From a virus (lineage: Duplodnaviria > Caudoviricetes): a stretch of DNA of 33,020 nucleotides. Shown in pieces: positions 1 to 6,740 of the stretch. Where the stretch lies: positions 1-33,020 of the IMG/VR virus record IMGVR_UViG_3300011337_000463; one strand, written 5' to 3'. The position numbers and the translations under genes were made by a program. The first letter of the stretch is position 1. Every line of letters begins with the position of its first letter. Below the pieces are notes generated by a model. It made no database searches, was not told the origin of the DNA, and was given only the letters and a program-made list of their open reading frames with translations.

Positions 1-8
1 AATAGATA

Positions 9-27
9 ATTTATAATCATTCTAAAT
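9..27. promoter_or_regulatory. Palindromic operator, Fur-box-like
   Basis: ATTTATAATCATTCTAAAT, an imperfect 9-1-9 palindrome; a similar copy lies at 14703-14721. Confidence 0.5.
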
Positions 28-41
28 TAAGTCTTAAAGTG

Positions 42-70
42 TTGATTTATATATATTATTAGTAGTTTTG
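42..70 (+). promoter_or_regulatory. Bacteroidota housekeeping-type promoter
   Basis: TTG (42-44) and TAGTTTTG (63-70), matching the TAnnTTTG -7 box, about 20 nt before ATG 90. Confidence 0.65.
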
Positions 71-89
71 ATAAACTAAAACTAAAACT

Positions 90-1112
90 ATGTCTATAAA
101 AGGTAATCAAAATGCAACAAGTTACAAAAAAGATATTATAATTTCTTTTATTGAAAAGTTCCCAAAAGCGACTACTCACGCTATTTCAAGACTTATTTTT
201 GAAAAACATTCTTTAGATTTTCCTAACTTTGAAGCTGTAAGAGGAAGTGTAAGAAGATACAGAGGCGAAAATTTAAAAAACAATTCTCCTATTACAATTG
301 TAGGTAATAGAACAGATGAAGAAAAAAAACAAGCTATGTCAAAATTCCATCTTCCAGAGAGTGATTATTCAAAAGTAGAAGCTTTTATAATTCCTAAAGG
401 ACAAAACAACATCTTAATTTTATCGGATATTCATTTACCTTATCAAGATAACAAAGCTTTAGAATTAGCTATTAATTATGGTGTTGAAAATAATGTTAAT
501 GCAATTTATTTAAATGGTGATACTTTAGATATGTACCAAGCATCAAGATTTATAAAAGATAGACGTTTGCGTGATTTAGCTGGAGAGTTAGAAATATGTA
601 GAGAGTTTTTTAAATTATTACAAAATACTTTTAATTGCCCTATATATTTTAAAATAGGAAATCACGAAGCAAGATGGGAGCATTATTTAAAATTAAAAGC
701 ACCTGAATTATTAGGAATAGACGATTTTAAATTAGAGCAAATTTTACGCTTTCGTGAATTTGGCGTTACTTTAGTTAAAGATAAACAAATAGCAATGATG
801 GGTAAATTACCTGTGTTGCATGGACATGAATGGTATGGTGGATTTGCACCTCCTGTTAATCCTGCAAGGGGTTTGTTTTTAAAAGCTAAAGAAAGTGCTT
901 TAGTTGGACATCATCATAGAACATCAGAACATACTGAAAAGACTTTATCAGGCGATGTTACTACAACTTGGTCAACTGGTTGTTTATGTGGTTTAGAACC
1001 TGAATATGCACCTTATAACAATTACAATCATGGGTTTGCTCACGTTAAAATTGACAAAATAGGTAATTATGAATTGAAAAATTTAAGAATTATTAATTAT
1101 AAAATAGTTTAA
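90..1112 (+). CDS. Calcineurin-like metallophosphoesterase with N-terminal extension
   Basis: All five metal motifs in order: SDIH, GDTLD, GNHE, HGH, GHHH. Confidence 0.9.
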   Translation: MSIKGNQNATSYKKDIIISFIEKFPKATTHAISRLIFEKHSLDFPNFEAVRGSVRRYRGENLKNNSPITIVGNRTDEEKKQAMSKFHLPESDYSKVEAFIIPKGQNNILILSDIHLPYQDNKALELAINYGVENNVNAIYLNGDTLDMYQASRFIKDRRLRDLAGELEICREFFKLLQNTFNCPIYFKIGNHEARWEHYLKLKAPELLGIDDFKLEQILRFREFGVTLVKDKQIAMMGKLPVLHGHEWYGGFAPPVNPARGLFLKAKESALVGHHHRTSEHTEKTLSGDVTTTWSTGCLCGLEPEYAPYNNYNHGFAHVKIDKIGNYELKNLRIINYKIV

Positions 1113-1130
1113 TTACTTTTAATAACAACA

Positions 1131-1158
1131 TAAACCCTATTTTTTGGGGTTTATATTT
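1131..1158 (+). terminator. Possible intrinsic terminator
   Basis: TAAACCCT-N7-GGGGTTTA hairpin just after the stop at 1112. Confidence 0.4.
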
Positions 1159-1170
1159 AAACAATTAGTT

Positions 1171-1497
1171 ATGCCAGATATATCAATGTGTACTAATAAA
1201 TTTTGTCCATCAAAAGAGTATTGTTATAGATTTACAGCAGTACCAACTTTACATAGACAAAGCTTTATGGCTTTTACTTATGCAGAGGGAGAAGATAAAT
1301 GCGATTATTTTTATCCCAATGGCAATGATTCTATTAAATGTAAATTAGATGGAGTTAAACGAGATGGCGAAATATGCAACATAGATTATTGTACATATCC
1401 AAAATGCGTGCAAGATGATTATTGTAAGTATTGTCACAAAACAGATTGCGAACATAAAATGAGTTGTCCAACAAAAAAAATACAAATAAATTTATGA
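1171..1497 (+). CDS. Small Cys-rich (probable zinc-binding) phage protein
   Basis: MPDISMCTNKFCPSKEYCYRF with many Cys/His pairs; ATG 1171 preferred over the TTG at 1144, which lies in a hairpin. Confidence 0.7.
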   Translation: MPDISMCTNKFCPSKEYCYRFTAVPTLHRQSFMAFTYAEGEDKCDYFYPNGNDSIKCKLDGVKRDGEICNIDYCTYPKCVQDDYCKYCHKTDCEHKMSCPTKKIQINL

Positions 1498-1625
1498 GTT
1501 TATCTAACTACCAAAGAATAAACCGAGTAATGAAATGGAATTACAACAAAGGAATAAACAAGGAATCAGTTAATACAGTATTTAGAAAAATAATTAAACA
1601 ACGATTGAAATATGAAACAAATTAA
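1494..1625 (+). CDS. Hypothetical 43-aa basic protein (not in ORF track)
   Basis: MSLSNYQRINRVMKWNYNKG...; ATGA overlap with the upstream stop; fills the gap to the next gene. Confidence 0.6.
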   Translation: MSLSNYQRINRVMKWNYNKGINKESVNTVFRKIIKQRLKYETN

Positions 1626-2307
1626 TTTATTTAAAATTAAAGATAATTGGCAAATTATAGTAATTACATCTTTATTGCTTATTGTGTTATTCCAACAATG
1701 TGAACCACAGCCATCATTAACTGCTAATTACAAAGCTAATGCGGAGCAATTCCAACAAAAAGCACGCAAAATATCGGTGCAATCAAATGATATTATCGAA
1801 GATTATAAAGATGCAATCAAAGTAAAAGATGCTGAAATAGCAAAACTTAAAAGAGATAGTGTTAAAAACTCTAAAATTGTTTACGCTAAATTAAGCGATT
1901 TAAAGCGTTATAATAATTCCGACATTGCAAAGTACTACATAGACAGATATAATCAACCACAGGCAATAAAAACAGTATCTACAAATGAAGTAACGATAAA
2001 AGATACATTAAGTAGATTTATAATAAGTGATTTGATTAAATATGATGGTGTTAAATACGATTATAAAATATTAACAAATATGTATAGTTTGCAAAATGCA
2101 AAGTTTGTAAGTGCTAATTCAACTATTGATACTTTAAAAGTTAACATTAACAATATTTCAAGTGCTTACGAAAGTTCGATTAATGAAAATAAGTTAGCAA
2201 TTAAAGAAGTTGAGAAACAACTACGAAAAGAAAAGCGTAAAAAAACCCTCTACAAAATAACAACTGTTGCTGCTATTGTTACAGGGGGTTATCTCTTAAC
2301 AAAGTAA
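1612..2307 (+). CDS. Membrane-anchored coiled-coil protein, candidate spanin
   Basis: N-terminal hydrophobic stretch ending LFQQC, coiled-coil body, basic patch and C-terminal hydrophobic helix. Confidence 0.5.
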   Translation: MKQINLFKIKDNWQIIVITSLLLIVLFQQCEPQPSLTANYKANAEQFQQKARKISVQSNDIIEDYKDAIKVKDAEIAKLKRDSVKNSKIVYAKLSDLKRYNNSDIAKYYIDRYNQPQAIKTVSTNEVTIKDTLSRFIISDLIKYDGVKYDYKILTNMYSLQNAKFVSANSTIDTLKVNINNISSAYESSINENKLAIKEVEKQLRKEKRKKTLYKITTVAAIVTGGYLLTK

Positions 2308-2379
2308 GGTAGTTCAAGTAGAATGACTATTTTTATAGTTGGATGTGGGCGTGTAGAAAAATCCCTCACTTACTTTGTT
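2298..2379 (+). other. Degenerate tRNA-like cloverleaf / convergent terminator structure
   Basis: 11-bp outer inverted repeat enclosing D-arm-, anticodon-arm- and T-arm-like hairpins; non-canonical loops. Confidence 0.4.
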
Positions 2380-2380
2380 T

Positions 2381-2656
2381 TTATAGTTTCTTTATTTCTT
2401 GTTTTACTTCTTTCCAATAACTAATAGTTGAAGATACTTGTGTGTAAAATTCATTTTTATGTGGATTAGATTTAATTATCTCATAAACTGCTATTAAAGC
2501 ACATTGTTTAGCAGTAAATAAATCAACACAACAAACTGTATTTTTTTTATATTGGCATTTGGCATTATCGCAGTAACTTTCGTGTTCGCAATTAGTGCCT
2601 ACTTTTTTTAAGTATTTATAAAATAATTCTTCTGCTTTTTCTTTTTCATTACTCAT
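2381..2656 (-). CDS. Hypothetical phage protein
   Basis: 91-aa ORF coupled by ATGA overlap; Cys-rich middle. Confidence 0.7.
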   Translation of the reverse strand: MSNEKEKAEELFYKYLKKVGTNCEHESYCDNAKCQYKKNTVCCVDLFTAKQCALIAVYEIIKSNPHKNEFYTQVSSTISYWKEVKQEIKKL

Positions 2657-2901
2657 AATTCTTTTTCTTTTTTATAGATTTCCAATAGTTCTTTTGCTGT
2701 AAAATATTTTCCTTCTCTATATTCATCAATACTTCTATGATATTCATTAAAATTTTTTCCTTGATAATATTTATTATCTAACCACTCTGTAAATCCAATA
2801 GCAAATTCATCTGCTATTTGTTCGCATTCTTCTGCATTATAGTTTTTCTTTTCCCAAACTTCTTTTTTTGCATATTTTTCAAACTTTTCTTTTAGTGTCA
2901 T
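2653..2901 (-). CDS. Hypothetical phage protein
   Basis: Likely start MTLKEKFEK at 2901, directly after the upstream stop. Confidence 0.65.
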   Translation of the reverse strand: MTLKEKFEKYAKKEVWEKKNYNAEECEQIADEFAIGFTEWLDNKYYQGKNFNEYHRSIDEYREGKYFTAKELLEIYKKEKEL

Positions 2902-2902
2902 C

Positions 2903-3100
2903 TTATTTCTTTTTATGTTTTTCAAACCATTCTCTTGAATTAGTAAACCTTTTAGGTGCTCTAAATATAGTATCTGCCATTTTTGCTAATAGTATAAATA
3001 CTTCTTCCTCACTATACATTTTTTCTATTCTAAATCCAGTATCTACATTTATACCTTTTATTCTATTTTCAACAGCTTCTTCAAGAGTTTCTTGTTTCAT
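2903..3100 (-). CDS. Hypothetical phage protein
   Basis: 65-aa ORF tightly packed in the - strand operon. Confidence 0.65.
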   Translation of the reverse strand: MKQETLEEAVENRIKGINVDTGFRIEKMYSEEEVFILLAKMADTIFRAPKRFTNSREWFEKHKKK

Positions 3101-3104
3101 GTTT

Positions 3105-3614
3105 TTATTTTATTAAATTTATCTTATAAGCCAATTCTAAATACCCACTAAACAATAAATTAGTGCCTCCGTAAAGATACGATAAATCATTACGTTTAAT
3201 ATAATTACCTTTCAATCCAATACAAAAATTATCTAAAATCTCATATTGCACTTTACAGTTTAATCCATAAGACATAAATCCACCATTTCCGCTAAACTCC
3301 TTTTCTACTTCGCCACGATTAATTAACGAAAATTCAATACTTGGTGTAACAATTAACTTTTCTGTTATTGGTAATTGATAACCAACACTGCATCCGTAAC
3401 GTGTAAAAGCTATTCGATTAAAGTTTTCATAGAAAATACCAACGTCAAAGCGATTAAACGAAATCATATTAAATCCAAGTAAGTAATCTACTTCGGGTTT
3501 ATTTTGTGTTGGCTTACTTCCTACAACAGCATTTCTTACATCAACCCCAGCAGAGAATGAAACGTTTTGCCCAGAAACGAATAAAGGAAACAGTAAAATA
3601 ATTAATTTTTTCAT
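3105..3614 (-). CDS. Small outer-membrane beta-barrel protein
   Basis: Signal peptide MKKLIILLFPLFVSG|Q, alternating hydrophobic beta strands, C-terminal YLELAYKI strand. Confidence 0.7.
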   Translation of the reverse strand: MKKLIILLFPLFVSGQNVSFSAGVDVRNAVVGSKPTQNKPEVDYLLGFNMISFNRFDVGIFYENFNRIAFTRYGCSVGYQLPITEKLIVTPSIEFSLINRGEVEKEFSGNGGFMSYGLNCKVQYEILDNFCIGLKGNYIKRNDLSYLYGGTNLLFSGYLELAYKINLIK

Positions 3615-3659
3615 TTGTCTTAAAATTTAATTAATACCTGTTAGCTGTCTAAATAAGGT

Positions 3660-3699
3660 AGATAACGTGGGTGTTATGGCTGTTAGCCAATAGTTATGG
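3660..3699. repeat. Short or degenerate attC/attI-like site at the left end of the cassette array
   Basis: AGATAAC-N26-GTTATGG with a small internal TGGCT/AGCCA hairpin. Confidence 0.4.
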
Positions 3700-3705
3700 T
3701 TAATG

Positions 3706-4392
3706 CTACGTTAACGTATCAAAAATTGAAACTTGATTAACATTAGCCTTTTTTTCAATTCCTAAAACAGTTTCAAAAATTGTTCTTCCTGCTTCGTAAT
3801 CGACAAGGTTACAAGCTATTTTATCTTTTCTTTGAGTTCCTTTATAGCTTGATAAATCTATTTCGTGAAATATTTCATTTGGTTTACTTCCTGATTCAAT
3901 AAAACCTTTAGGTTGTGGTCTTTCATTTAAACTTGTTGGTAAATTAAAGTTAGTCCAATATAAATGCCTACCTCTTTTTTTAGCTGGTATCAATGGTTCG
4001 TAAAAAGGAATTACATTTTCAACAACATATTTACCTCTAAAATAATTATCTAAAAAAATAATTTCTTCATAAAGTTTCATATCTGGGAAAACTGGATTGT
4101 AATTTTCACGTTCACTATTTGCTTGTCCAAATCTTATTCTGCTATGTGTAGGGCAAGGCGGAGAACTCCAAATAAAATCAAATTTTTTAAAATTCTCTAA
4201 TAAATATTGATGCGCATCGCAAACAATTACAATATCATTTGGAAATCGCTCTTTGTACATTCTTGCAAGTTCTTCATCATATTCAATAGCGGTTACTTGA
4301 ATTTCAATTCCTTTTTCTTTTACAACGTCATCCCATTTATAACGATTACCGCCTAAACAAGCGTAAAGGTTTAATATTTTATACTTTTGCAT
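3706..4392 (-). CDS. DNA (cytosine-5) methyltransferase, short phage type
   Basis: Motif I LNLYACLGG, motif IV SPPC, motif VI VENV. Confidence 0.88.
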   Translation of the reverse strand: MQKYKILNLYACLGGNRYKWDDVVKEKGIEIQVTAIEYDEELARMYKERFPNDIVIVCDAHQYLLENFKKFDFIWSSPPCPTHSRIRFGQANSERENYNPVFPDMKLYEEIIFLDNYFRGKYVVENVIPFYEPLIPAKKRGRHLYWTNFNLPTSLNERPQPKGFIESGSKPNEIFHEIDLSSYKGTQRKDKIACNLVDYEAGRTIFETVLGIEKKANVNQVSIFDTLT

Positions 4393-4561
4393 CTGATAAT
4401 TTTTTTAATATTTGTAAAGCTTCATCATAGGTTTGTTTGTTCATTGTAATTGACCTTACATAATCAATAAAACAAAATATTTCATCGTATAAATCCGCAC
4501 TAACCATAACACCAGCTTTGCAAGATTGCTTTGTCTGTGATTTTTTGGAAACTTTATTCAT
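4379..4561 (-). CDS. Hypothetical 60-aa protein starting inside the attC-like hairpin
   Basis: ATG in the hairpin loop after an A/T-rich leader; overlaps the start of the C5 MTase. Confidence 0.55.
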   Translation of the reverse strand: MNKVSKKSQTKQSCKAGVMVSADLYDEIFCFIDYVRSITMNKQTYDEALQILKKLSDAKV

Positions 4562-4635
4562 AATTTTAACTGTGTTTTTTATTTGTTAATTTTAGGTTTT
4601 GAGGTCGCAACCTCGCAAAGCTGTAAACGTTATAA
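4504..4635 (+). repeat. attC-like hairpin 1
   Basis: CCATAAC-AC-arm 4513-4529, arm 4607-4623-TAAAC-GTTATAA; arms 15/17 complementary. Confidence 0.8.
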
Positions 4636-4673
4636 GCAAGCTGGCAGACGTGCTTCGATTGAACATTTCGTTT

Positions 4674-5307
4674 CAAAAATTTTAAATAAAAAAGCCCACG
4701 CTTTCTAAAAAAGAGAAGGTTTTGATATTTGATTATTAATTCTGCTAATTGCTTTGTCATAATATGTTTTGTTTAGTTCTGAACCTATAAAGTTTCTATT
4801 CTCTTTGGCACAAGCCACAGCCGTAGTTCCACTTCCACTAAAAGGGTCAAATATTGTATCTCCTTCTTTTGTGTATTCTAAAATCAATTTTCTAATTAAG
4901 TTAATTGGCTTTTGGCTTGGGTGTCCTTCAAATGTATCTTTTGCAAATGATGCAGCCACCGTGCTATTAATCAAATAGTAGTTATAGCATTTATAAGCAT
5001 TGCCACCGTTCCTTTCAAATATTCGTTCATACATACTACCAACGCCACATTTTTTATCCCAAATATGTATTGATGTATAATTCAAAGGGAAGTCAACTTT
5101 TGCACTCCAAAAGATTAATTGCTTACATTCAATATCCTTCATAAAATCAATTATACCTTCAAAATATTTGTATTCATCAGCCAAATAATCGGGATATGGT
5201 GGGTCGGTTAATATCAAATCCACTTTACCTAATCTCTTAATTGTATCTAAACAATTCTCGTTATATAATTCTATTCTTCCCACGCTTTTTTTTATTTAAA
5301 ATTTTTG
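4674..5307. repeat. 20-bp inverted repeat plus 10-bp direct repeat bracketing the MTase ORF
   Basis: Perfect IR 4674-4693/5288-5307; DR CCCACGCTTT at 4695-4704 and 5279-5288. Confidence 0.9.
4705..5283 (-). CDS. DNA methyltransferase, beta-class N6-adenine/N4-cytosine
   Basis: TDPPY precedes HPSQKP and DPFSGSGTT; GTG start. Confidence 0.92.
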   Translation of the reverse strand: MGRIELYNENCLDTIKRLGKVDLILTDPPYPDYLADEYKYFEGIIDFMKDIECKQLIFWSAKVDFPLNYTSIHIWDKKCGVGSMYERIFERNGGNAYKCYNYYLINSTVAASFAKDTFEGHPSQKPINLIRKLILEYTKEGDTIFDPFSGSGTTAVACAKENRNFIGSELNKTYYDKAISRINNQISKPSLF

Positions 5308-5351
5308 TTCAGTTCTTCGATTTAACATTTGTGCTAACTAATCCAGCCAGC

Positions 5352-5446
5352 TTATAACACGTGCTATAAGCAAGTTTGCCATCAACATTTTCGGTAACTT
5401 GAACATTTCTGCAAGGCAAACCTGCTAATAGCACCATACGTTATAA
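5352..5446 (+). repeat. attC-like hairpin 2
   Basis: TTATAAC-AC-arm 5361-5380, arm 5415-5434-CATAC-GTTATAA; arms 18/20 complementary. Confidence 0.8.
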
Positions 5447-5644
5447 ATTCATCTCACTATGAAATATAAAAAATCCATCATCTTTAAAATCTATTTTATT
5501 ATTGAATTTATTACCTACTATTGTAGATACGCTCATAGGAGTACAGCCTACTATTTCAGATATTATTCTTAATCTTTTGTCGTTGCCGTTGAAGTATAAT
5601 CTTAATACTTCCTGTTTCTTTTTTTCGCTTAAACATCTACTCAT
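5441..5644 (-). CDS. Small helix-turn-helix protein
   Basis: LRIISEIVGCTPMSVSTIV HTH-like pattern. Confidence 0.65.
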   Translation of the reverse strand: MSRCLSEKKKQEVLRLYFNGNDKRLRIISEIVGCTPMSVSTIVGNKFNNKIDFKDDGFFIFHSEMNL

Positions 5645-5879
5645 AGTTTCCGTTTGTATCTGTTGTTGCTGTATCTGTAATTGTTCCCTCTGTTACGCTT
5701 ATTCTGTTTAAAACGTAATCAGTTACATTCTCTGCACCTTTTAAATAAACAGCTTCACTAAATACATTGTCTTTTATATCGTTTAAAATCCTAACTTGTT
5801 TACATTCTGTTTCATTTAGATTGTTAAATTCTAAATACTGTTCAAATTCTCTTTTGCTTGTTGTAACTACTGCTTTCAT
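5637..5879 (-). CDS. Hypothetical protein
   Basis: 80-aa ORF downstream of a TAAATTTG promoter box. Confidence 0.65.
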   Translation of the reverse strand: MKAVVTTSKREFEQYLEFNNLNETECKQVRILNDIKDNVFSEAVYLKGAENVTDYVLNRISVTEGTITDTATTDTNGNYE

Positions 5880-5910
5880 CTTTTTTGTTTTTATTGGTTA
5901 ATTAATTACA

Positions 5911-5918
5911 CAAATTTA
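5911..5918 (-). promoter_or_regulatory. Bacteroidota -7 promoter box that would drive transcription into the cassette array
   Basis: TAAATTTG on the - strand in an intergenic gap; no clear -33 TTTG. Confidence 0.5.
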
Positions 5919-5954
5919 AATGCTATTATAATGCGAATTACATAAATTGTTAAT

Positions 5955-6182
5955 TTATAATGAATTTAAATAAGGATTTATTTTATCATATTCAAACGAT
6001 TCAAACTTATTATCGTCAAGCCATAAAATAATAATGTAATATCCTGAATCTGTTTTTTCTATTCCAGATAATCTAAATGGTCTTTTATTTTTACTAATGC
6101 AAAACTTAAAAGGAAAATTCCAAATCTTATCTATAATTACATTATCTACTTTTTTAATAAATGGGTCATTAATATTTACCAT
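5955..6182 (-). CDS. Hypothetical protein
   Basis: 75-aa ORF overlapping the upstream stop. Confidence 0.6.
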   Translation of the reverse strand: MVNINDPFIKKVDNVIIDKIWNFPFKFCISKNKRPFRLSGIEKTDSGYYIIILWLDDNKFESFEYDKINPYLNSL

Positions 6183-6451
6183 ATCCTTAATTGCTTTTTT
6201 TCTGTTTCAACTGGTTCTAAAATTGTTTCTTTATAAATAACTACATCGTTATTAAAACTAAATAATTTAAAAAATTTTATCTCTATTTCTTCAATTTCAT
6301 CTTTTCCTAAATAATTTTTTCTTACAAATTCATTACCTACAATTGTGTCATTTAAAGGCATAAAATGTGCATTTAAAATTCGGTTTTCAAATTTTTTATA
6401 ATATTCATCAGCGAACTCTGTAAATTCTAAAAATTCAATTTCTATTTTCAT
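6176..6451 (-). CDS. Hypothetical protein
   Basis: 91-aa ORF with A-rich leader. Confidence 0.65.
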   Translation of the reverse strand: MKIEIEFLEFTEFADEYYKKFENRILNAHFMPLNDTIVGNEFVRKNYLGKDEIEEIEIKFFKLFSFNNDVVIYKETILEPVETEKKQLRIW

Positions 6452-6465
6452 ATTTGTTTTTTTAC

Positions 6466-6731
6466 TGTAACAGGTTGTTACACCTGTTACACCTGTTTTT
6501 ATTTTATAACTTTTTAATTGTCAAACATTTACGCTCTATTTTCAGCAAGTGTAACAGTAACATGTTACAGTTAACGTAATATTTATAAAATTTTATTTTT
6601 TAAAAAATATTTTTTTCTTAAAAAACGCCTGTTACACCTGTTACACCTATTAAAAACGTTGTGAGTACCAATAAAATCAACACTTAACGACTGTAACATA
6701 GGTGTAACATACTGTAACATCAAATGTTACA
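6466..6731. repeat. Iteron array, probable replication origin
   Basis: 11 copies of TGTWACA around an almost pure A/T tract (about 6577-6625), directly downstream of the primase-helicase. Confidence 0.8.
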
Positions 6732-6740
6732 CTAAAATTC

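Larger units (their letters stand above)
3694..4629. mobile_element. Gene cassette-like unit A (C5 methyltransferase plus small ORF)
   Basis: Ends GTTATGGTTAATGC (3693-3706) and GCACTAACCATAAC (4497-4510) are 13/14 complementary; followed by an attC-like hairpin. Confidence 0.7.
4630..5440. mobile_element. Gene cassette-like unit B (N6/N4 methyltransferase)
   Basis: Ends GTTATAAGC(AAGC)TGGC (4629-4645) and GCCAGCTTATAAC (5346-5358) are complementary with a 4-nt bulge; followed by an attC-like hairpin. Confidence 0.7.

Noticed and set aside
2303-2375. Functional tRNA gene
   Set aside because: No TTC in the T loop, short D loop without GG, anticodon loop not 7 nt, no CCA
4566-4760. 64-aa - strand ORF
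   Set aside because: Overlaps the MTase end and runs through repeats and a hairpin arm; probably spurious
3706-5283. Restriction-modification system
   Set aside because: No cognate restriction endonuclease recognisable; the MTases look orphan
5440-6510. Possible third cassette (GTTATAAA at 5440, TTTATAAC at 6503-6510)
   Set aside because: Only an 8-bp AT-rich match, and no hairpin follows
6466-6731. CRISPR array
   Set aside because: Repeats are 7-9 bp in mixed orientation with no regular spacers
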